A stretch of DNA of 64,000 nucleotides from an uncultured Bacillota bacterium (lineage in GTDB: Bacteria > Bacillota > Clostridia > Christensenellales > Pumilibacteraceae). The notes below the pieces were generated by a model, which worked only from the letters and a program-made list of their open reading frames with translations, did not search any database and was not told the DNA's origin. Position 1 is the first letter of the stretch, and each line of letters begins with the position of its first letter. Of this stretch, positions 48,038 through 57,171 are shown piece by piece. A program made the position numbers and the translations under genes. The stretch covers positions 8,712 to 72,711 of the forward strand of contig CASFJH010000047.1 in assembly GCA_949294845.1 (NCBI GenBank), given 5' to 3'.

Positions 48038-48100
48038 ATTGTGTTATCACAATATTTTCACAATAATTTTATTGTCATTTTACGGCGTATGTGTTATAAT
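48038..48100 (+). promoter_or_regulatory. Promoter with an extended -10, overlapped by two ACAAT/ATTGT inverted repeats
   Basis: ATTGTG-ttat-CACAAT (48038..48053) and ACAAT-n6-ATTGT (48060..48075). -35 TTGTCA (48072..48077), 17-nt spacer ending TGT, -10 TATAAT (48095..48100). Followed by GAGG and ATG 48125. Confidence 0.5.
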
Positions 48101-48124
48101 GTTTAAGTAAATTGAGGTAGTATC

Positions 48125-51100
48125 ATGAAGCAATACGCAATTGGCTTGGACGTCGGATCCACAACAATTAAAACCGCTGTACTGGATAACGAAAACGCGG
48201 TTATATACTCCAGTTACGAAAGACATTATTCGGATATAAAGGCAACCCTCACTTCCGTATTGCGTCGGCTGCTGAAAAAATACGATAATTTTTCTCTTAT
48301 GGTTACCGGAAGCGGCGGCATTTCCGTTTCGGGGTGGCTCGGTATTCCGTTTATACAGGAAGTAATCGCAGGCGTGGAAGCCATCAAGCGCATTATTCCC
48401 GAAACGGACGTCGCCATAGAGTTGGGAGGCGAAGACGCTAAAATCACATACTTGACCGGAGGCATCGATCAGCGCATGAACGGAACTTGCGCAGGCGGAA
48501 CCGGCGCGTTTATCGATCAGATGGCAAGTCTGCTGGGAACAGACGCTAAAGGACTCGACGAGCTTGCGCGTGACGCAACGATCATTTACCCCATAGCTTC
48601 GAGGTGCGGCGTATTTGCCAAATCGGACATACAGCCGCTTATAAACGACGGTGCGAAGCCTGCCGATATAGCCGCGTCCGTTTTTCAGTCTGTAGTAAAC
48701 CAGACCATTTCCGGCCTCGCCTGCGGCAAACCGATCAAAGGCAACGTGGCGTTTCTCGGCGGACCGCTCCACTTTCTCCCCGAACTGGGAAAGCGTTTTA
48801 CCGAAACTCTCAAGCCTCAAAAAGCTATTTTTCCCGAAAATGCCGAGGTTTTCAATGCTATAGGCGCCGCGCTTACGGGAGAAAAAGTCTTTACTGCGGC
48901 GGAACTCGGCGCCAAGCTGGATGAGTTGTCGAAACTTACCGTCACCGAAGTCACACGCCTTCCGGCGCTGTTTTCCTCTGCGGAAGAGCTCGAACAATTC
49001 AGAGCGCGCCATGCAAAAACCAAGATACCGTTTGCGGACATTGCAACTCATAAGGGGCCTTGCTTTCTCGGCGTAGACGCAGGCTCGACGACTACAAAAG
49101 CCGCTCTGATAGATTCCGACGGCGGATTGCTGTACTCATGGTACGGTTCAAACAGCGGAGATCCGCTTGCGACGGTTACCGATATACTCAAAGAGATATA
49201 CTCGCTGTTGCCCGAAGGCGCTTACATAGGAAACAGCACGGTAACCGGTTACGGCGAAAACCTGATAAAGACGGCGCTAAATATCGACGCGGGCGAAATC
49301 GAGACAATGGCGCATCAGACCGCTTCAAACGAAATCCTGCCGGGCGTGGAGTTCGTTTTGGACAGAGGCGGACAGGACATGAAATGTCTGCGCATAAGAA
49401 ACGGCGTTATATACGATATATTGCTGAACGAAGCCTGTTCGTCGGGCTGCGGAAGCTTTATAGAGACTTTTGCCAAGGCGCTGGGGCTTACGGCAGAAGA
49501 ATTTGCGGAAAAAGGATTGGCCTCTTCTGCGCCGGTTGATCTCGGTTCGAGATGCACCGTATTTATGAACTCGCGTGTTAAACAGGCGCAGAAAGAAGGC
49601 GCGACCGTTGCGGATATTTCCGCCGGACTTGCATATTCTGTAGTCAAAAACGCGCTGTTTAAAGTAATCAAGTTGCGCGACAGCAGCGATATGGGCAATA
49701 AAATCATCGTTCAGGGCGGAACATTTCTCAACGAATCGGTTTTGCGCGCGTTCGAGTTGGTCTCCGGCCGCGAGGTAGTGCGCCCCGACAAAGCCGGCCT
49801 TATGGGAGCTTACGGATGCGCCATTCTCAGCCGCAACAGATATTCGGGCGGCAAAAGCGGCATAAAAACGCTAGACGAACTCAAAGGATTCTCAGTAAAG
49901 AAATACACGCGCCGATGCGAAAAATGCGGCAACCATTGTCTGCTTACCATTTCGGAGTTTTCGGACGGAAGAACATTTATAAGCAACAACCGCTGCGAGC
50001 GCGGAGGCAACAGCAGCGAAACCGCGGTTTCCAAAGCGCCGAATCTCTTTAAAGAGAAATATAACCGTTTATTCTCGTATTACAAACCGCTGCCTGCCGA
50101 GACCGCGCCGCGAGGCGTCGTAGGTATTCCGCGTGCGCTGAATATTTACGAGAACTATCCGTTCTGGTTTACTTTCTTTACCAAACTGGGTTACAGCGTC
50201 AAGCTTTCTCCGCGCTCGTCCCGTGCAATATATGATATGGGTATTTCCACAATGCCCTCCGAATCGGTTTGCTATCCGGCAAAACTGGTACACGGACATA
50301 TTACGGCGCTGGTTAATTCCGGAGTCAGCTTTATCTTCTATCCCTGTATCCCTTATGAGATGATTGAAGACGAGACTGCCAACAATCACTACAACTGCCC
50401 TATCGTTTCCACATATCCCGAAGTGATACGGCTGAATATGACCGAAGTTTTCGGCGACAAAGTTGTTTTCAAAGCGCCGTTTTTGCCTTATGCTAACCCG
50501 AGCCGTATGTACGAGCGGTTGTGCGAAGAGTTTCCCTCTATTCCGGCTAAAGAGATCAAAAGCGCCGTTGACGCTGCATACAAGGAGATCGACAAGTTTA
50601 AAAGCGACATAAGAAAACGCGGCGAGGAGGTCTGCGCCGAGCTCCGGAAATCGGGCGGACACGGCATTGTGCTGGCCGGACGGCCTTACCATATCGATCC
50701 CGAAATAAACCACGGTATTCCCGAGATGCTCTGTTCCTACGGCTTTGCGGTGCTTACCGAGGACAGCGTAGCGCACATGGCCCGTATACCTCACCCTATC
50801 CGCGTCGTAGACCAGTGGATGTATCATTCGAGGCTGTATTCAGCGGCAAATTTCGTAAGACGTACCGATTATCTCGACCTTATACAGCTCAATTCCTTCG
50901 GCTGCGGACTGGACGCAGTAACGACTGATCAGGTTCAGGAGCTGCTCGAAGAAGCGAATAAGCTTTACACCGTTCTTAAAATAGACGAAGTCAACAATCT
51001 AGGCGCAGCGCGAATAAGAGTGCGTTCGCTTATGGCCGTACTGGAAGAGCGCAAATCGAAGCAGATAAAAGCCGCTCCGGTTCCTCCGCCCAAATATCGC

Positions 51101-52330
51101 GTAGTGTTTACCAAAGCCATGAAAAAAGCGGATTATACCATAATCGCGCCGCAGATTTCTCCCATTCACCTTAAACTGCTCGAGGAATCCATAAACGCTC
51201 ACGGGTACAAGCTCGTTGTGCTGCCCGAAAGTCCGCGAGCTACCGAAGTGGGGCTTAAATACGTCAATAACGACGCCTGCTACCCTACGATACTTACCGT
51301 AGGACAGCTGATAGACGCGTTGCAGACAGGCAATTACGACCTCGACCATACCGCGGTAATAATGACTCAGACGGGCGGCGGCTGCAGAGCGACCAATTAT
51401 ATAGCTCTTATACGAAAAGCGCTTAAGCAGGCAAATATGCCGCAGGTGCCCGTTATTTCCTTGAGCTTTGCGGGAATCGAGAAAAACCCCGGGTTCAAGG
51501 TAACGCTCGGAATGTTAGTGGATATGCTGCGCGCGCTGATGTACGGAGATCTGCTGATGCGCTGTCTTTACCGCACGCGGCCATACGAAAAAGTAAAAGG
51601 CACGGCATGGGCTTTATATGAGAAATGGGACGAGAAACTGAGAGGCGAATTCAGAAAAGGCAAGCATAACATAAGGAAAAACGCGTTTGACATTGTCCGT
51701 GAATTCGACGCGATCGATGTTGAAGATACCGTAAAACCGCGCGTCGGAGTTGTCGGAGAGATACTTGTGAAATTTCATCCGGTAGCCAATAACAGGATCG
51801 TCAGCGTCATCGAGAGCGAAGGCGGCGAGGCGGTTGTACCCGACTTTCTTGATTTCTTTCTGTACGGTATGTATAATAACAATACCAAATACGAGCTGCT
51901 TGACGGATCGAAATTGAGTAAATTTGTCGGAAATCTTTCCATCGCGTTTGTGGAACATTACAGAAAGCCTTTCGCCGACGCGCTGAAAGGTACGAAATTC
52001 GGCGAACCGGCCGATATTTACGCTTTGGCCGACGCCGCGAAAAACGTTGTTTCTCCTGCCAATATGAGCGGAGAAGGCTGGTTCCTCACCGCAGAAATGC
52101 TCGAGCTTATGCATAACGGAGTTAATAATATCGTATGTGTTCAGCCGTTTGCCTGTCTTCCCAATCACGTTACCGGCAAGGGCGTTATGAAAGAGCTTAA
52201 ACGGCAGAACCCCCAAGCCAATATAGTAGCAGTCGATTACGATCCCGGCGCAAGCGAAGTCAATCAGATAAACCGTATCAAGCTTATGATGAGCGTCGCT
52301 TTTTCGAATCTTAATCACTCCGGACGATAA
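48125..52330 (+). CDS. Fused 2-hydroxyacyl-CoA dehydratase activase-like protein (two BcrAD/BadFG ATPase domains, a Cys-rich linker and a dehydratase-component-like C-terminal region)
   Basis: 1401 aa. It has two acetate/sugar-kinase-type ATPase starts, [16 protein letters not shown] and [16 protein letters not shown]. The linker reads [12 protein letters not shown]...NNRCERGG. The long C-terminal part has GGGCRATNY and [10 protein letters not shown] motifs typical of the DUF2229/HgdB-like region. Confidence 0.8.
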   Translation: MKQYAIGLDVGSTTIKTAVLDNENAVIYSSYERHYSDIKATLTSVLRRLLKKYDNFSLMVTGSGGISVSGWLGIPFIQEVIAGVEAIKRIIPETDVAIELGGEDAKITYLTGGIDQRMNGTCAGGTGAFIDQMASLLGTDAKGLDELARDATIIYPIASRCGVFAKSDIQPLINDGAKPADIAASVFQSVVNQTISGLACGKPIKGNVAFLGGPLHFLPELGKRFTETLKPQKAIFPENAEVFNAIGAALTGEKVFTAAELGAKLDELSKLTVTEVTRLPALFSSAEELEQFRARHAKTKIPFADIATHKGPCFLGVDAGSTTTKAALIDSDGGLLYSWYGSNSGDPLATVTDILKEIYSLLPEGAYIGNSTVTGYGENLIKTALNIDAGEIETMAHQTASNEILPGVEFVLDRGGQDMKCLRIRNGVIYDILLNEACSSGCGSFIETFAKALGLTAEEFAEKGLASSAPVDLGSRCTVFMNSRVKQAQKEGATVADISAGLAYSVVKNALFKVIKLRDSSDMGNKIIVQGGTFLNESVLRAFELVSGREVVRPDKAGLMGAYGCAILSRNRYSGGKSGIKTLDELKGFSVKKYTRRCEKCGNHCLLTISEFSDGRTFISNNRCERGGNSSETAVSKAPNLFKEKYNRLFSYYKPLPAETAPRGVVGIPRALNIYENYPFWFTFFTKLGYSVKLSPRSSRAIYDMGISTMPSESVCYPAKLVHGHITALVNSGVSFIFYPCIPYEMIEDETANNHYNCPIVSTYPEVIRLNMTEVFGDKVVFKAPFLPYANPSRMYERLCEEFPSIPAKEIKSAVDAAYKEIDKFKSDIRKRGEEVCAELRKSGGHGIVLAGRPYHIDPEINHGIPEMLCSYGFAVLTEDSVAHMARIPHPIRVVDQWMYHSRLYSAANFVRRTDYLDLIQLNSFGCGLDAVTTDQVQELLEEANKLYTVLKIDEVNNLGAARIRVRSLMAVLEERKSKQIKAAPVPPPKYRVVFTKAMKKADYTIIAPQISPIHLKLLEESINAHGYKLVVLPESPRATEVGLKYVNNDACYPTILTVGQLIDALQTGNYDLDHTAVIMTQTGGGCRATNYIALIRKALKQANMPQVPVISLSFAGIEKNPGFKVTLGMLVDMLRALMYGDLLMRCLYRTRPYEKVKGTAWALYEKWDEKLRGEFRKGKHNIRKNAFDIVREFDAIDVEDTVKPRVGVVGEILVKFHPVANNRIVSVIESEGGEAVVPDFLDFFLYGMYNNNTKYELLDGSKLSKFVGNLSIAFVEHYRKPFADALKGTKFGEPADIYALADAAKNVVSPANMSGEGWFLTAEMLELMHNGVNNIVCVQPFACLPNHVTGKGVMKELKRQNPQANIVAVDYDPGASEVNQINRIKLMMSVAFSNLNHSGR

Positions 52331-52331
52331 T

Positions 52332-52441
52332 GGCATAGCGCTTGCATATATTGAAGCGCGCCTGACGGTAATCGGCACAGCACTTGCAAATCTTGAGCGC
52401 GCCTCCGATAATCTGCATAGCGCTTACACAATATCAAAAGG
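52332..52441 (+). repeat. Tandem repeat of about 41 nt, 2.6 copies, in the 3' UTR of the activase-like gene
   Basis: GGCATAGCGCTTGCATATATTGAAGCGCGCCTGACGGTAATC / GGCACAGCACTTGCAAATCTTGAGCGCGCCTCCGATAATCT / GCATAGCGCTTACACAATATCAAAAGG. Unit 1 can fold as GCGCTT-n10-AAGCGC. Confidence 0.8.
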
Positions 52442-52471
52442 TCTGCAGTATCCGTGCAGACCTTTTTTTTT
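52440..52471 (+). terminator. Rho-independent terminator
   Basis: GGTCTGCA-gtatccg-TGCAGACC followed by TTTTTTTTT. Confidence 0.85.
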
Positions 52472-52490
52472 AAATTGCAAGCTTTGGGGA

Positions 52491-53210
52491 TTATACGGCG
52501 GGTACGGGCGGCTCATTAAGAAGCACCTCACTGTTCGTCCCGTAAAAAATGTCTTCGTGCCGCGAAATCATGCGGCAGAATTCTTCCATGCGATCCCAAT
52601 ATTCGGGCCTGTAGTCGAACTCGTAACTGTGCCCCCATATGTAAAATATCTTGGGCGTATCGGGTTTGAGCGATATAAATTCGTCTCCGAGGCTGAACAG
52701 TCTGTCAAATTCCATGTGGTGTACCGTAGGATTAAACCTTAGAAGATTACTCTGAAGATCGAAACTGTAAGACGAAACAATAGTTCGGGCATACCGTATG
52801 GGAGTACACCGACCTATTATTCCGGCAACGCGATCGTCGTTATTCTGCCCGCCGCACGGGTACGCCATTCCGCAAACGGGATATCCTGCCAGTTCTTCCA
52901 GATTGCGCCTGTCGCAATCCACCTGCCTTATTATTTCCTCTTCCTCCAACTCCGGCAATAACGGATGCGTAAGCGTGTGCGCGGCTACTTCGTGACCGCG
53001 GTATACCTCTCGTATCTCGTCTGCAGAAAACCGCGTATGGTCGAGATCGATGCTGTTCCGATGAATTTTTGATGTCTGTCCGAAAAGTCCGGAGTTGAGA
53101 TTGAACGTCGCCTTAAGTCCGTATTTGTCAAACATGGCTATCAGGCGTCTGTCCTGCACCACCCCGTCGTCGTAACTGAACGTTACCGCTTTTTTCAGAC
53201 CGTTGAACAT
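52491..53210 (-). CDS. Polysaccharide deacetylase (CE4 family)
   Basis: VTFSYDDGVVQD (TFDDG-type motif), AAHTLTHP (H-x-x-x-H), and an IWGHSYEF block. GGAGG RBS. Confidence 0.75.
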   Translation of the reverse strand: MFNGLKKAVTFSYDDGVVQDRRLIAMFDKYGLKATFNLNSGLFGQTSKIHRNSIDLDHTRFSADEIREVYRGHEVAAHTLTHPLLPELEEEEIIRQVDCDRRNLEELAGYPVCGMAYPCGGQNNDDRVAGIIGRCTPIRYARTIVSSYSFDLQSNLLRFNPTVHHMEFDRLFSLGDEFISLKPDTPKIFYIWGHSYEFDYRPEYWDRMEEFCRMISRHEDIFYGTNSEVLLNEPPVPAV

Positions 53211-53228
53211 TTTCCGCCTCCGTTTAAT

Positions 53229-54032
53229 TTACAGCGCGAGCCCGAGCAGGCGCGCGGCATTTTTATAAAAGATCTTATCCAGCACTTTACCGTCTTTGAC
53301 ACATTCGCGCATGAACTCCACGTCCTTTTTCTGACATTGCCACGGAGCGTCGGTCGCAAAAAGCAGCTTATCCGTATCGTGCTCGGCCAGAACGCGCTCG
53401 ATTTCGTACTTCGACAAAAAATCAAAGCCGAACGACGTGTCGAGATAGCAGTCCTTGCCTATAAGCAGTCTGAACATATCGTCCCACAGCCCCTGCGAGC
53501 CCATGTGCGCGCCGACAATCGGCGCACCGGGAAAAGCTTGTGCAACGTGCGCAAAACGCTCCGGATCGCAGTGCAGCGGCTCACCGAGCACGAGATCCTT
53601 GCCGCAATGAAAAAGTATTACCATGTCTGATCGGAGAATTTTTTCATAAAGCGGAAACATTCTTTCGTCGTCGGCAAAAAATTTCTGATAGTCAGGATGA
53701 AATTTGACGCCCTTTATGCCCGCCGCGGCAAGTCTGTCCACTTCGGCAAAGCTGTCCTCCAACTCAGGGTGTATCGAACCGAAAGGGACGACAAACGGGA
53801 CGTCCAAACACGATATTGCCCAGTCGTTGACTTTACGGTTCTGATGCGCGTTTGTGGCGATGTTCTGCATGACGGAAATATCTATTCCCGCCTCGTCCAT
53901 TGACGCTTTCAGGCCGGAAAGCGTCCCGTCATAATAAGGCGGGTAGTCTGGATTTTTAGACAGATTCGCCATGGCTTTAGGCGCGATCGCGTCGGAAAAA
54001 CAGTGCGTGTGGAAATCAATTATCATATACAT
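53229..54032 (-). CDS. Amidohydrolase-2 type metal-dependent TIM-barrel hydrolase
   Basis: MIIDFHTHCF (H-x-H metal motif), VKFHPDYQ, ILFHCG, and FATDAPW near the C-terminus. Confidence 0.65.
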   Translation of the reverse strand: MYMIIDFHTHCFSDAIAPKAMANLSKNPDYPPYYDGTLSGLKASMDEAGIDISVMQNIATNAHQNRKVNDWAISCLDVPFVVPFGSIHPELEDSFAEVDRLAAAGIKGVKFHPDYQKFFADDERMFPLYEKILRSDMVILFHCGKDLVLGEPLHCDPERFAHVAQAFPGAPIVGAHMGSQGLWDDMFRLLIGKDCYLDTSFGFDFLSKYEIERVLAEHDTDKLLFATDAPWQCQKKDVEFMRECVKDGKVLDKIFYKNAARLLGLAL

Positions 54033-54088
54033 ATTTTACAACTTTACATATACAGTGTCAAGAAAATCAGTTATTCAGTTCAATTTAT

Positions 54089-54118
54089 TTGACTAAAGCG
54101 CCGTATATATAGTATAAT
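54089..54118 (+). promoter_or_regulatory. SigA-type promoter for purA
   Basis: TTGACT (54089..54094), 18-nt spacer, TATAAT (54113..54118). Confidence 0.5.
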
Positions 54119-54150
54119 AAAAAGGTATTTCATTTTTTCGGAGGTTCGCT

Positions 54151-55422
54151 ATGAACACTTTGGCTCTTGTCGGCGCGCAATGGGGTGACGAAGGTAAAGG
54201 CAAGATTATAGATATTCTTTCCGAAAAAGCCGATATGGTAGTACGCGCTCAAGGCGGCAATAATGCCGGCCATACCGTCGTTACTGGCGGCGTGACCTAT
54301 AAGCTGCATTTAGTGCCCAGCGGCATTCTTTATCCCGAGACCGTATGCGTTATCGGCAACGGTACCGTGGTCGATCCGGCCGTTCTGCTGTCCGAGCTCG
54401 ACGACCTGTCGGGCAAAGGCGTAGACTGCTCGCATCTTAAGATAGACGCCAGAGCGCACGTCATACTGCCCTATCACATCGTACTTGACGAATTGAGCGA
54501 GGACGCAAGAGGCAAGTCCGACATCGGCACTACAAAAAAGGGTATCGGTCCCTGTTACATGGATAAGGCTGAGCGTATAGGAATCCGTATGTGCGATCTT
54601 ATTCAGCCGGATACCTTTGCCGAAAAGCTCAAAAGAAACGTTTCGATAAAAAACAATCTCATAACGAAGATGTACGGCGGTTCGCCGCTCAGTTACGAAG
54701 ATATACTGGAAAAATATTCGGGCTACGCCGAAAAGCTCAAGCCCTATGTCTGCGATACGTCGGTTCTCATTTACGACGCCATTAAAGCGGATAAAAACGT
54801 GCTGTTTGAAGGAGCGCAGGGTGCGTTGCTCGATCTTGACGTGGGAACTTATCCCTATGTGACCAGCTCGCACCCTATAAGCGGCGGCTTCTGCGTGGGC
54901 GCCGGTATCGGACCTACGCTCATAAAGGATTGCCTCGGCATAGCGAAAGCCTATACTACGCGGGTAGGCAAAGGGCCTTTCCCTACCGAGCTTGACGACG
55001 AAACAGGCGAACGTATACGCACAATGGGCGCGGAATACGGGACCACTACCGGCCGCCCTCGCCGTTGCGGCTGGCTTGACGCGGTGATACTGCGCTTTTC
55101 CGTAAGAGTAAACGGTCTGACGGGTATAGCAATGAATAAGCTCGATACGTTATGCGGGCTCGAAACGGTTAAAATATGCGTTGCTTACAGAAAGAACGGA
55201 TTGCTGCTCCGTAATTTTCCTTCGGATATCTCCGAACTGGCAGAATGCGAACCGGTATATACAGAGCTCCCCGGCTGGAAAGGCGATATCTCGGGCGCCA
55301 GAAAATTCTCCGATCTGCCCGAAGCCGCGCGTCAATACATCAGGACGGTCGAGAAAGAGATCGACTGCAAAATCTCAATGGTAGGCGTCGGCCCCGACAG
55401 AGATCAGAACTTCAATATTTGA
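54151..55422 (+). CDS. purA: Adenylosuccinate synthase
   Basis: GAQWGDEGKGK P-loop, GTTKKGIGP, and the TTGRPRRCGW region. Confidence 0.95.
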   Translation: MNTLALVGAQWGDEGKGKIIDILSEKADMVVRAQGGNNAGHTVVTGGVTYKLHLVPSGILYPETVCVIGNGTVVDPAVLLSELDDLSGKGVDCSHLKIDARAHVILPYHIVLDELSEDARGKSDIGTTKKGIGPCYMDKAERIGIRMCDLIQPDTFAEKLKRNVSIKNNLITKMYGGSPLSYEDILEKYSGYAEKLKPYVCDTSVLIYDAIKADKNVLFEGAQGALLDLDVGTYPYVTSSHPISGGFCVGAGIGPTLIKDCLGIAKAYTTRVGKGPFPTELDDETGERIRTMGAEYGTTTGRPRRCGWLDAVILRFSVRVNGLTGIAMNKLDTLCGLETVKICVAYRKNGLLLRNFPSDISELAECEPVYTELPGWKGDISGARKFSDLPEAARQYIRTVEKEIDCKISMVGVGPDRDQNFNI

Positions 55423-55456
55423 AGCGCGCAAAAGCTTAAATTTGATTTTTAAACTT

Positions 55457-55490
55457 AAACCCCCGTTCAGAAGTGTATGAACGGGGGTTT
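55457..55490. terminator. Bidirectional hairpin between purA and the RnlA-like gene
   Basis: AAACCCCCGTTCA-gaagtgta-TGAACGGGGGTTT, a 13-bp perfect stem. Confidence 0.75.
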
Positions 55491-55539
55491 AATATACCCG
55501 GAATATTGAGCCGGCCGACTCTGAGCGCGACAATCGGAC

Positions 55540-57090
55540 TTATTTAATGCCGAACCCGATCTCCTTGAGCTTTTTGCAATTGTAATTTATCGTATCGAGC
55601 AAGTGATCGAATATCGCAACGGCTTCCTTTTTATCGGAGATCATTCTGGGCGCAGACTCGTCCGAGTTGTCCGAATGAGTGTAAAAATTCCGTCTTGAAA
55701 AATACTCGGTATACAGAGCCGACATCACTTCGGCGTAAATTACGCTTTTAATCCGCTTCTTATACCCGCTTTTAAGCTCGTACCTGCCTTCGGGCTTATC
55801 GAAAGCCTGGCCGATCATCTTTACCTCAATCCCCTGCGCCTTCTGAAGATCGCTTATAAACTTTTCGAGCCCCCTGTAAGGCGGAGTGAGCAGCGACGAG
55901 TAATCGGTAAGCTTCGTCTCATTATTATAAATATCTATAAGGCCGATAGTAATATCGATTTTAGACTGCTCGGACAAAAATTCGTAAGCGTCGGGCAGGC
56001 GCTTGCGCAGCATCTTCTGCAAGCTTCCGGCGCTTTTGTCCTCGCCGGCAATCGCTATATAATTCTTTACGGCTGAATTATAATCGTCGCCGCGGCTCAA
56101 CTGAACCTGTATGTCGCCGAAAAGACTGCTGCGCTTACCCTGAAGCTGAATGACGCCGCTTGACGGCATATACCTGAGGTTGGCTTTGTTGCCTTTATTG
56201 TCCAGAATAGTATACGCGACCACGCTGTCTTTACCGCTTCCGGCAGTCTTTTTCTGCCGAAGCTTCATACCGCGGATCTTTCTCAGCCCTGATAAAACTG
56301 ATTCAAAGCGCTGAGACGTTACGTTCTTGACGGTAAAATCGGCTGCTCCCGAAAGCGCGTCTGCTTTACCTGCCGCGTCGCTGCTCTTTTCGGCGCCTGC
56401 CACCGGCGGCTGTTTCGTAGCTTTGCCGGCAGCGCCTTTTTTGACCGCACTCTTTTCAGCCGCGTTCTTTTCGGCAAAAGCTGACTTTACGCTCTTATTC
56501 GCCGCGTCATTATCATGCCGCTTTTCTGCTGAATGTTTACCGTCAGCTTTATCGGCGCTTGTTACGTCGGCAGCTGCGCTCTTGTTTACGCTATCCGTTT
56601 TGCTTCGGCTGCGAGCGGACTGTCCAGTCTTAGCTTTATTGCTTTTTTGTTCGGCAGGCTTTGTGTTCAGCATAGCGACCGATTCGCCATGCGGCTTTAA
56701 AGCTTTAATGTCGGTTTTGTCGGGAACGGCATTACGCGCGTCTTTATTTAAAGATATTGCACGCCCCTTTTCGGCGCCGCTCTTATCCGATACGGAATCT
56801 TTGTCCGGCTGCCTCTTAGCCGCCTGCGCCGAGGCGCCGACAGTCTTCAGCAGCTTATCAAGGCACTCGAAAATTCTTTCGGACGCGGTAAGCGTAAGAA
56901 TTCCGGCTTTTGTATCGAACACTACGCTGAGCTTTTCGCCGGACAGCAAATATTTGTATACAACCTGATGGCATCTGTCGTTTGCCGGCCTGAAATCTTT
57001 CAGTTCGCAACCTGCCATTTTACCCAGATCGGATACGAATCTCTCAGCCGAAGTATGTTCACAACGGATATCTTTGCGTAAATTCTCCAA
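55540..57090 (-). CDS. RnlA/LsoA-like HEPN ribonuclease toxin homologue with a long Lys/Ala/Ser-rich insertion
   Basis: 516 aa. There are two copies of an RnlA-N/RNase-HIII-N-like fold: LSVVFDTKAGILTLTAS and ANLRYMPSSGVIQLQGKRS. The C-terminal helical domain carries LLTPPYRGLEKF, AFDKP, the R-x4-H motif RNFYTH (55675..55695) and PRMISD. A low-complexity linker spans aa 86-255. Confidence 0.65.
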   Translation of the reverse strand: MENLRKDIRCEHTSAERFVSDLGKMAGCELKDFRPANDRCHQVVYKYLLSGEKLSVVFDTKAGILTLTASERIFECLDKLLKTVGASAQAAKRQPDKDSVSDKSGAEKGRAISLNKDARNAVPDKTDIKALKPHGESVAMLNTKPAEQKSNKAKTGQSARSRSKTDSVNKSAAADVTSADKADGKHSAEKRHDNDAANKSVKSAFAEKNAAEKSAVKKGAAGKATKQPPVAGAEKSSDAAGKADALSGAADFTVKNVTSQRFESVLSGLRKIRGMKLRQKKTAGSGKDSVVAYTILDNKGNKANLRYMPSSGVIQLQGKRSSLFGDIQVQLSRGDDYNSAVKNYIAIAGEDKSAGSLQKMLRKRLPDAYEFLSEQSKIDITIGLIDIYNNETKLTDYSSLLTPPYRGLEKFISDLQKAQGIEVKMIGQAFDKPEGRYELKSGYKKRIKSVIYAEVMSALYTEYFSRRNFYTHSDNSDESAPRMISDKKEAVAIFDHLLDTINYNCKKLKEIGFGIK

Positions 57091-57120
57091 AATATAAAAC
57101 CACCTGCGTTTTTAAGCCTT

Positions 57121-57157
57121 TAAAAGCAAAAGGCGACTCAAAACCAGAGCCGCCTTT
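57121..57157 (-). terminator. Rho-independent terminator after the surface-protein gene
   Basis: On the minus strand: AAAGGCGGCTC-tggtttt-GAGTCGCCTTT followed by TGCTTTT. Confidence 0.65.
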
Positions 57158-57171
57158 GTACTTTATCTGAA

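Noticed and set aside
47600-48124. Integrated mobile element or prophage remnant at tRNA-Leu.
   Set aside because: No integrase, transposase or phage gene is present, and I could not find a duplicate of the tRNA 3' end in the window. Only the truncated DtxR-like frame hints at past rearrangement, so I report it as a finding rather than a mobile element.
52332-52441. Possible CRISPR array, suggested by the tandem repeats of about 41 nt.
   Set aside because: The units are directly adjacent with no spacers, there are only 2.6 diverged copies, and there are no cas genes in the window. The element is a 3'-UTR tandem repeat instead.
55423-55539. A hidden RnlB-like antitoxin ORF downstream of the RnlA-like gene.
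   Set aside because: The gap is only 117 nt and is mostly occupied by a 13-bp-stem bidirectional terminator shared with convergent purA. No start/SD-bearing small ORF fits.
56327-56968. 213-aa plus-strand Ala/Ser/Leu-rich ORF.
   Set aside because: It is the mirror of the low-complexity Lys/Ala/Ser linker of the RnlA-like gene. It has no translation signals.
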